From positions 434,001-498,000 of the forward strand of contig NOWV01000012.1 in assembly GCA_003344405.1 (NCBI GenBank): 64,000 bases of DNA. The letters run 5' to 3'. This DNA is from Trichoplax sp. H2 (Eukaryota). The position numbers and the translations under genes were made by a program. Below the pieces are notes generated by a model. The model made no database searches. It saw only the letters and a list, made by a program, of their open reading frames with translations, and had not been told where the DNA came from. Positions 42,083 through 52,920 of this stretch are shown piece after piece; the first letter of the stretch is position 1, and each line of letters opens with the position of its first letter.

Positions 42083-43285
42083 ATTATAACAAATTATACT
42101 CTATGATTTAACCTACTAAAACTGTATGCTTAATCAGATGAACTTAATAGACAAGTCATGAATAATTATAAAGTAATACTGGTACCCGGTATTAGAAGAT
42201 GACTAAAGCATAAGATCAGTTATTTTGTACCAATTGTAATACAGTGCAATTGCATATTAAGTGTACTGTAATTAACTCTTATCGATCATCCTAATTATTC
42301 AGATAAAAACTGGAGATGGAGGATTTTCATGGAGAGATCAAGGTGGTAGATAATAAGAAATTCAGTTGAGTTCTATGAAATTATGTCTTATTGCAACTTG
42401 TCGGCCTCTAATAAATATCAGAATAGGTACTTATCAGATTTTACAGTACGATATATGTATATTCATCTGACAGCCATTAACAGATATAACTCACATCCAT
42501 TTAATTTATTTAAAGGAGAAGGATAAATTCTTTCTTCCTAATTTATAGATCTAAATGATGAAATATTGGGATGTATCAACTTCACTAATGCTGTACGTGA
42601 AANNNNNNNNNNNNNNNNNNNNATTATAACAAATTATACTCTATGATTTAACCTACTAAAACTGTATGCTTAATCAGATGAACTTAATAGACAAGTCATG
42701 AATAATTATAAAGTAATACTGGTACCCGGTATTAGAAGATGAGTAAAGCACAAGATCAGTTATTTTGTACCAATTGTAATACAGTGCAATTGCATATTAA
42801 GTGTACTGTAATTAACTCTTATCGATCATCCTAATTATTCAGATAAAAACTGGAGATGGAGGATTTTCATGGAGAGATTAAGGTGGTAGATAATAAGAAA
42901 TTCAGTTAGAGTTTCATCTATTAATTCTGTACCTTGGTAGCCAGAATCAGTATGTGATGACAATTCTACTCCCGGTAATATTAATGATAAGCTATATACA
43001 TCGATCTATTTTATTACGTATTTACGCTTTAGTAATAGTAAATCAACTCTGAGTTCTATGAAATTATGTCTTATTGCAACTTGTCGGCCTCTAATAAATA
43101 TCAGAATAGGTACTTATCAGATTTTACAGTACGATATTTGTATATTCATCTGACAGCCATTAACAGATATAACTCACATACATTTAATTTATTTAAAGGA
43201 GAAGGATAAATTCTTTCTTCCTAATTTATAGATGTAAATGATGAAATATTAGGATGTATCAACTTCACTAATGCTGTACGTGAAA
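42083..43285. repeat. Near-identical duplicated segment flanking the gap (42083-42602 vs 42623-43285); probably unmerged haplotypes
   Basis: About 520 bp alignable with about 7 substitutions counted by eye. The right copy has an extra 143 bp (42908-43050). Both copies abut the N run. Confidence 0.9.
42603..42622. other. Assembly gap (20 N)
   Basis: Run of 20 N. Confidence 0.99.
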
Positions 43286-46200
43286 TCTTTATAGCTATAG
43301 GTAATTTTGTCAGATGATATATAGCAGACTTTAAGTAGATAGTACACTATAATTATACTATTTTGATGATACACGTCGGTGCGACAGATACGATATACTC
43401 GTATATTCATCTAGTCAGTCAAAGGAAAAGAATGAATATCCATTAAGCAGTTCTTATAACTCTATATTTCTAAATATGACATTAATGATAAAATATTATG
43501 GAAAAAATTGACTACTACAGAGATATAACGCCTAATACAGATATAATGGCAAATGTTAGATGATATTAAGTTAATATGACAGGCTAATTATATAGCACCG
43601 TATTGCATCAATTGTAGTCGACAGGCAGATGTAACGATGATAGTTTGTGGTAATCCAATGATTACAATAGCTACTGTCAAATAGGAGGACCATTTCAAAG
43701 TTTTATTGAACTTAAAAAAGCTTTATTACTACTAAATAGGGCTACTGAACTTAAATATCACAATTTATTAGATATCGATTTCCTATCATTGTATTAAATC
43801 AATTACAAACATTATACCGAAGACTTTAAAGAAAATTATCCACCTACATTTTTCATTTTCATAGCTAGATAAATGGTGGATTGCAATTTATATCATCTGG
43901 CCTAAGTTTTCATCGCAGTCTATATTGCTACTACTATTCCATTGTTCTTCATTATGCTCAAGGTAGAATAAATAATTTGTGTCAAATTCCAGCCAACAAT
44001 GATATCTTCGTAAGTATATTGGCAATTCTAGTAGTGGATGGTTTCCACCTTCTTCCGCTGAAGTAAAAAAATCATCGTTTCTTTTGTATGAGTGAAAAAT
44101 GGATAATATTGACTGTAAAATGATAAAGAAATAATGTCTATCAGTGTATGAAAAAATTATTTATGATTTGTAGATAACATCTAAAGCCTAGAGTAATTAA
44201 ATTAGATCAAGTCTAGTTCTGATTATTAATTGCTGCTTCATTAATCATTCAAGAATCATTGCTCCCAATTGATTTTCAACCTGGATGTCTGTATTGTTTA
44301 GGACAAAAAAGAAAAAATCAAATCAACTTTAATTAATCTACTTCGACTTCCATCCTGATTTAAAAATTATCTCTTATTGTCTGAAAGAAATTTTTGTTTC
44401 ATGACTACTGGCTTACTGATAACGTGATTAGGTTATGATAAGCTAATAAAAGCAATTATTACATAAAAAAGGAATTGACGAAATAATCAGTATGTGAGAA
44501 AAATTGAAGACAAAGCAACCTTGATCGTCATTTCCAATATAAATAAACAAAGAATGATACAAGTCATTTTCGTCTACATAAAAATTTACGCTAATAAATG
44601 ATTCGATGTAGACTAGTGGCCAAATTGGGCAACCAAAAAAATAGTTAACAGTTAAAATTTATTTGTTCTCTTTGCCACATGTTCCGCTAAAAATAACTTT
44701 ATCATTAGTAAAATAAGTTTATTTAATACTACTAGATGTAGGAAAGCATCTTCTAATATTGGTTTAATTTATCATTCGTTTAATTAGATGTCATTATATT
44801 GACTTAGAATCGATTTATGACGTTAGAATAGGATTTATATAACTACCATTATGTACAAATATCGAGGTAAGATGTCGAGATGAATTCTAGGAAGGAAGGA
44901 AGGATATTACCCAATTGATGCTAACGTGATCCTCTCTTTCTTTCTATTTTCGATATATAAAGAGAAATAGATTGTAATAAATTAGTTTTCAAGGAAGAAA
45001 GAGAAACCCAATCACTATTATCACTTAAATACTCCTTTCCTTTCTTTCTTTTCTTAGATATCAATATAGAAATATCGAGATAGCATCGACATCTATTTAA
45101 AGAAAATGAATAACTACCGTTACGTCCTCAGCATATATGCTTAGGAAATGCTTTCTCATTTTATAAATGAAGGACAGAATTAATATTTGGAGAGAAATGC
45201 GGTGGAAAATATATAATCGTTTTTTCTTCAAGTATATCGACATATTCACTTTGTTAAGGAATAATAATTGAAAAGCTTTCCTTTAACTCACACCTTAAGT
45301 AAAACTCATACCACCATATCACTTGCTGCTAAAATTGAGGATTTCTGAAGACAATGGTAGCTAATTATGCAGTTCTAATAGCAAATAAATTTATCATAAG
45401 TCAATCAATGAATAATACCATAGTATGAGAGATAAAATAGGGAATTCTATACCAATTGGTCGCTTGCCTATAAAAATCATAAATTTTCACTTTAACCAGA
45501 AATAAATAAGTTTACATTGTTTTGACTTATTTTATCATCTATTCAATTAGTGATGCTTTTATTGTCATTCAAAGAAGCAATACAGTTAGATATAAAAATT
45601 CTTCTAATTTAATTTTATTTATTCGTCCATAGTTACCAATATTTTTCTTATGTTGTGATAATTCCATTTCTTAACATATCGATACATTTGTGATGATACT
45701 TATCAACTCTAAACTGAAAATGAGAAAATATGCAGCACAATCAGTTGATCAGTTAAGGAGATCAATCCAATATTAGAAAAATAGAATTATAACCATAAAT
45801 AAATCACTTAAACTGTACCATTACTCGAATTATGTAAGAAATTGCCCCTTTGATATATGCGTATTTTCAATTTTGGTAAATGTACACATTTACAAATATT
45901 TTAAGAAATAAACAATTGTAAAATTGACTAATGCTTTACTAGGAGTGACCAGTTTAGTTATATTTGTTTGTAGATCCAAAATATAATGCCGCTACTGTAT
46001 GATTGTGTGTATAATCACTAGGTTAAACTAATAATAATAAATGTATTTTCTTCTTGGCAAATCCTTTATTAATTTTATTTCTATTGATCTCATTTTATCC
46101 GCAAACACTGACTCAATAATAGTAAAAGTATTGTAAATATAGAGCTATTGGTATTAGACTTATTTTTGTGAGATCAGAAAGGGTAAGAAAAATGCATGGT

Positions 46201-48441
46201 AAGTAGGACAAGAAAAGCCATGTTTTATTCATATTGTTAATCGATTTGCAATTTTGAATCAAATGAAAACGTCGATTGCCAAGAAATACCTGTATTCGAT
46301 CAAGTGCGCTATTGATTTTTATTTTTGAGTGTGCTTTTATTAAAATATTTATATTGGTAGTAAATGCGTAATTTTAGCCGAAAGTTCACTTCGGCAAGAG
46401 TGATTTCAAATTTAAGATACAAGTACTTATAATGTGCTTCTTAATATTTCTCTACATAATATAATAGTGCCTTTTTTAGCAGCTTATACGAGTGTAGTTG
46501 ATTCTAATCGAAGGAAATCGATTTATCGGTATTCAAGGATAGATAAGGAAAGGTATAACTTGATTCGAAATCTGTTATAAATTAGTAGCACAGAGATTAT
46601 GTCCGTCGTGATAGAATCTATTTGCTACTTTTAGTAATAATTTTGAATTTTCACTACGTGACGAAAATCAATCAGCATATTTGAATATGTTCATTTGATC
46701 AATTAAATTTATCAGCGTATTTATTATTAATTACATATTTAACAAAATAACAATAAAATATATTTAAGTAAGTCACAGACGTTAAGAAAATGTTACAACT
46801 GTTATCAATATTGTAATGAACTTATTTCTTGAGAAGAGTGCTCTTTGAAATCAGGTACAGAAACAGTTTAAATGAAGTTATTATGTATTAATCAAGATGA
46901 TGTGACGGATAGCTCAAATAAAAAATTATTAATTATGGTAATAAAATTACGGTATCATGATATTAGCCTATAAGTAAGCAGCTGTGCAAATTAGAGGTTA
47001 ATAGGGTAGTAAATTGCAATGAAATAATGATGGCAGGCTTGTATACTTGCTACATTGTTGTTGGTCTTTCAATGGTGTATTGTTGGTTAAAAAGGAATGA
47101 CATGTGGCTTATAGCAGCAGAAAGAATAGACCAATTTAACAGCAGTTGCTAATAAAAGGGTTAATTTTTATGCTAAGTCATTAGAGAAAAGTAATTAAAT
47201 AATCGGTGATCTTTCCTTGTTCTTATTTTATTGATTCAAACATCGGCACTTGCGTTTGCTCCTGTAGAATTCATTTTTCATCCTTTTTTTGTAGTGTCAT
47301 ATTATTACTCATTTCATTTTCTCCCTCAAGCGACGACAGTAGTACTTTCATCATGACAGGTGGATAGACATATCACTAAATTGAAAAGAAAAATTAAATT
47401 ATAGTATATATTCCATATTATTAATTGATCATCGAGCCCCTTTTTGCACGACTTTGGACTATTGGGACGCTATTAAATTTAAAGTGGAGTTGAAAAATGA
47501 AATTATATTTTTTGCTATTGATTGGAGAAGATTTGGATAAAATGGCGTTGTGTTTCTGAAAATAATATTCGGGTTTATCGCTTACTAAAACTGTAATAAC
47601 TATTCTAATCATAGTATAGTGCTGCCTATTTCGGGTAGGCATGAGTAAACAATGTTTATAAAATAATAATGATGTGCCTTAGGTATGATCCTATTAAGTT
47701 AATATTTCTTGTTATCTTGATCTTCTAAAGTTTATATATATAATGGTAAATAAATAAAATAAATTACACGAAAGTATGGTCTTGTAGCCGTATGAACTAT
47801 TCTAAATGGGGTTAATTCTTCTAAATGGTCGTTTGTTAATTCCTTTATCAATCTGTTATTATCATTAATTTTTTTCTCAGTTTAATGGACTTGACCCTAT
47901 ATGCTATTTTAAGAAAGCGGATATTTTATACCTTACAGATATAGTCCTTGCTATATTATCGATTAAATTATGTATATAGTAAAGTTTTAAAAAACTTTTA
48001 ACAACTAAAAGAATTCTTTAAGGTTAAATATAAAAAATTAGAGTAAAAATGGGTTGGATGCGCGAGTAACTTATGGATTTGTGGAATATCATTCCACCTT
48101 TTAAATTAATTATTTTCTTTCTTAATCTATCGTATCAGTCGAATATGATCGATGTTATGATGATAGTTTTAATATTTATTTTGATTGCTTGATTGATTGA
48201 TCGGGTAATTAATTTTAAAGCTAAGTAATTCTACTGTAAAGAAGAACTCAAATATTCTATCTCGTTACTACGGTATACGAGTGACTATTCCATCTTAACT
48301 CGTAGGTATACTACACCATTTCGTAGAGTTAATTTTAGTAGATGACAGAATCATTAACGGTATTGTCTAATTATAGGAAAAGCTGTTCGATTAAACAGCT
48401 ATAGAATTAAGGAAATTATCATTGACTTTCAACTATCTAAC

Positions 48442-48473
48442 AATGATCAATGCCACGGGTGGCATTGATCATT
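48442..48473. repeat. Perfect palindrome with 15-bp arms and 2-nt spacer
   Basis: aatgatcaatgccac-gg-gtggcattgatcatt. Confidence 0.9.
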
Positions 48474-51400
48474 ATGTATGCAAGGTTTTTTATTATTCTC
48501 TTAAGTCAATTTTCAAAGACTGAATTGAATTATTTCATAGCGGGTATATTGGATAGCCACAGCTGCTTTTTAGACGGGTTATTTTAATTAGAAGTTTTGA
48601 AATATCGACTTTATTTGTCAGTTGGTGATCTATAATTTCAATCTACGTATGATCATGTTTTTAATGCGGGAGCACAGTATATTTTTATAAATCCTTTGTT
48701 ATTTTTTTTCTCCTTAGTAGCAGGTATTTTTATAAAGTAGCTTTATAACTTTTAAAAACTTAAATATACGATTAGAGTGTAGCGTGTACGTAACCTTCAT
48801 AAATAATCAATCGTGAGTACTATTGGATAGGTACCGTAACGTGTGGTATGAGTACATTTAAACTTTGGCCGTTCCAAATTTTTAGCGTTTGTCACAAGGA
48901 CAAGCGCTTATTTGATAGTTGATATCGTCTGAGAAAGATCGATTACAGTGTAATTTCTGTATAAAATACCTTTCAAATAGATTAAATGATGTCGTAAATA
49001 TTCGTTTTCTCATACACCAGATCGTTGTATGATTTATAGGGACATCCGGTTGTTCATTTTTACTTCTATAGTCGTTTATTTACAATGTAGAACGGTAGAT
49101 AGTGACTGATTAACCGATTTAATATTCATTATTTTAAAGAGGTATCTTTATAAATATATTGATAGGTCCTTTTAACAAATAAGCAGATAAAGATAGCAAA
49201 CTTTATAATATAAGGAACTTATTAAGTGAGACACTGTCCTCTGTATTCTCCGTAAATTTTAAACTGTAATGTACTATGACATTGTTATATCTTGGTTAAA
49301 ATCCTAGCTTGATGCAGTATGTTAATAAACTACTTCAAAGTTGAAATTTAGATATTGAGTGAGAATTTTGTGGAAATTAAAAGATAAAATGAAGGTATCT
49401 GAAAATTTTGAACATCGATCTTCCGTATCACTGAAATTTCTACGGCACACAAGACATTGAGCAAAACCAGTTTACCATGGATTCTAGTAGTGCTATTTGG
49501 GACAGTTATAAATATTAATAATTGATCATTTTTTTGGACGAAAAGATACAAACACTACTATACAGTACGTGTATTTATAGGAGTAATTTGCTTGCGCACA
49601 GTCTGATCTTAAGAATGAGTTTTGTGCTCGTAAATTTACCTCAACGTTACTACTACAAATTTGTCGAATTAGTGTACAATAATTGTAATTAAGTGACTCG
49701 TGAGGTCTTAAAGCAATTTCTAAAGCGCCACTTCTCGCGCTGTGTTGATTTTTTGGTTTTAATATTGAGCTTTACCGTTAAATTTAGTGAATGGATAATA
49801 TCTCAAGTTCGAATTACTGAAACTGATTTTCAAACCCTAGTATAGGTGTAATGTAACGTTGACAAGACCCGCTATACCTTAATATAGCAGCAATAGCAAT
49901 GGATTAGGATGTTTATCGGTTCAATGGCACCAAGTGTGTAGGACAAACTAGTCTTTAATATCTAATTGCATAAAAATCAAAAAGAATGTCTACATCAGTT
50001 GACTGTCTTTCTTACTACACTGCATGACATTATTGCTAATTCTAATTAATTTTGTTAATAAGTCAGTGAACGTACTAAACGAAATTGTACCTAATAAGTT
50101 TCAGGGAGGCGAAGTACAGTAGCTAAATGCTTGTACGTAAGCCATTAATTACGATAATACTAGAGCCAAAATCCAGCTACTAAGGTCTGATGGAAACATT
50201 CAAAGCGGGAATCTGGAACTGAGCTTTATAACAGTAGTTCATTGCTGCTACCAATAAGTACGGTATAAAATCTTATAACAAAAATACGTATAGAGATATT
50301 ATGATGTTCTTCAATCTTGAACTACTTATCAAGATCAGTGCATTGTGACAATTATGATTTTTTTAATAACTTAAAAATGATACAGCGCAAAATTCACAGC
50401 CATTCCTAAAACATATACGGAATCATTGGTATACTCTGCTCATAAACATTACAGTACTTGAGACTGACTGAGCCTGAATAACAAACTATCCGTAACAATC
50501 AATATAACAAATTTGTTTATACTTTAGGTTAAGCTTAACACCATGAGGGTTACAAAACTGACGAATTTATTCACTCATTAAAGTAAAAATATTGCACTGT
50601 AATCTCGACTTTCACTAGTTGTAAACAATGATGAATAGGTGCTAATATATTAACTTTAATGTGATATTTACTTCTACTTTACCATTTTAGTTCAACGTTG
50701 CGCGCTGATACAACAAGTGCAAAATTGTGTCAGTAAAAAGCTCGGTGATAAATATAAGACTAGGATTTGCTAAATGGCACTTTAGTGGATGGATATTCCT
50801 TGAGGTTCGCAATTGAGCAACTCAAAATTTTAGCTCATAACTTTAAGCGCTTGGTTGATGCGTAGCATTTTATCATGACAAATACAATCTACTTTAATCG
50901 GCTATTCTATGTCACTGCATTTTACTTCATTCTGACACCATACTTTCAAAATACTCATCTGCAGTAATTAGCTGTAATCATTACGGCTACTTTTGGTATA
51001 TTATACTGTAGAATGGAAGCAATGTTACTAGCAACTTTTTAATTTGCTTACTTGTAGCTCGATCAATCACTTGATTAAAAATATTTTGCAATATAGTGTC
51101 TTATGCTCAGTGCGTTAAAGGTATCTGCTATGCTATAGTAATTCCTAAGTTACAGTTAATCAGTTTTATAATCAAGAACTCTTATTCAATCCTGTGACAG
51201 CTTCTAACTTTATGTTGCAGATAACTATGGCGATCATACGTACCTCCGTAATCTACGCGGCGTATATGTAATTAGTTAATTATAATTATGGGAACGGGTT
51301 AGTAAATTGATTGTAGATTTTATAGTATATTTCAATGATGTTTGTACCTACATAGGCACTATTAATTATTCAATGTTTGCTCCTATTTGAGTTAAGTAAA

Positions 51401-51666
51401 GACAGAAACAACAACAATTTATATTAAATTCTCGAACTATAGCAATTTATCAAAATGCTATTTTGACAAGGCCGTGTAGCTTACCGTGCATCATATCTAA
51501 TTAAAAGACTAACCAACACCAGCACTAGTCCATGTTCCTTCTATATATAGTCGCGGGCAATGTAAAAAAACTCTAATATTGTATTGAGCCACCACTCCAC
51601 ATCCCGCCGAACATACATGGCCCGTGTCATATATATTTTACGCGTATGCTATACTGTACAACTCTG

Positions 51667-51734
51667 AGCTTCTAGATACCTGAGGTATGGACTACTAGAT
51701 ACGCGTATATCCATACCTTAGGTATCTGGAAGTT
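51667..51734 (+). repeat. 25-bp inverted repeat / hairpin with 18-nt loop
   Basis: agcttctagatacctgaggtatgga ... tccataccttaggtatctggaagtt: 22 Watson-Crick pairs plus 3 G:U pairs on the + strand. Confidence 0.85.
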
Positions 51735-52262
51735 GACGATTAATTACAAAATTGTTATACGGTGCCATCGGATTTCGAATTGGACAGGAGGGAATTTTTC
51801 GGATTTTAGAGCGAAGAAGAAGGAAGTTGCAAAACTTTTGCTATACAATCAGTGCATACTGTACTGCAGTAGAATATACGAAGTACTAGCTCCGTGAGAA
51901 GTCTCAATAGTATCCACCTTAGGCCCAGAGGCCTGGTCTGAGGTCGCCATCGTATTTTACTTGTATATTCCTATATATATATACTAGCCTACAACCTGCT
52001 GACTTGTAAGCGAGCGATAGAGTTCTTACACGTAAAATAGTGCGCAACTAAGCATATATTATATACGTTTCAGTATTTTGTGTTAGCATTAGGAACATGT
52101 TAATGAATAATACAGTAGTATAAATTTGTTATTTATATACCTTATTTGTTTTTGTTTGCAGTTACTATCATGATAATTTTAGTTTCAAATTTTATAGATT
52201 TTATCCGCTAGCCCTAAGTAACATGATTGTATTGAATATAGTAAGTAATACTGCAAATTTAA

Positions 52263-52440
52263 GGCGTGAAACCTTCCTTGTACATACACAACGTCATTGA
52301 TACAGCTTTGTAATGGCACGATACCTCCTTCTATTGAGATTTTATTTATAATGGCCTGAAAACTTCCTTGTACTGTGCACAACGTTATTGATACAGCTTT
52401 GCAATGGCATGATATCTTATATTGAGACATTATTTATAAT
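52263..52440. repeat. Two-copy tandem repeat, period about 90 bp
   Basis: ggcgtgaaaccttccttgtac...tttataat repeated at 52263 and 52353 with scattered substitutions. Confidence 0.88.
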
Positions 52441-52619
52441 AATTATAATCCTAAGTTACTACAATATAACTTACTGCAGTCGCTGACTACACTACCAAAT
52501 GCGCGAGAGAGTTTTAGTTGTACAATAATAATAATAATACGATTGAAGACTGTGCTAAGCTTCTGGGAGGGATCTCCATGACAACGTACAGTATGCTACT
52601 GTCATCGACTACAGTACAT

Positions 52620-52645
52620 TACTAAATTCACCGTTGAATTTAGTA
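52620..52645. repeat. 11-bp perfect inverted repeat in a TACAG/CTGTA-rich patch
   Basis: tactaaattca-ccgt-tgaatttagta. Confidence 0.8.
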
Positions 52646-52920
52646 CTGTGTACAGTACTGTACTGTACTGTTTGGCTATCATTGTACCGTAGCAATGAAT
52701 CCTCTATAAGGTACATGGCAGCGGAGAATTTGCTCTTAGAAATTGCTGACAGCACGGCATACAACCGGGTACCTTGACACCCAATTGACCGTCTAGGAAG
52801 ATGGTCACTGGTCATTTTCTCGCCTTGCGATATTGAAACCAATTTATAAATATCATTGATGCCTAAAAAGTAGCCAAGATTTCTCAACTTTTTAGAGTAT
52901 AATATGATAGTACAGTATCC

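Noticed and set aside
51681..51700. let-7-like TGAGGTA in the hairpin arm
   Set aside because: Only 7 nt match, the rest differs, and the word runs into the loop; coincidental.
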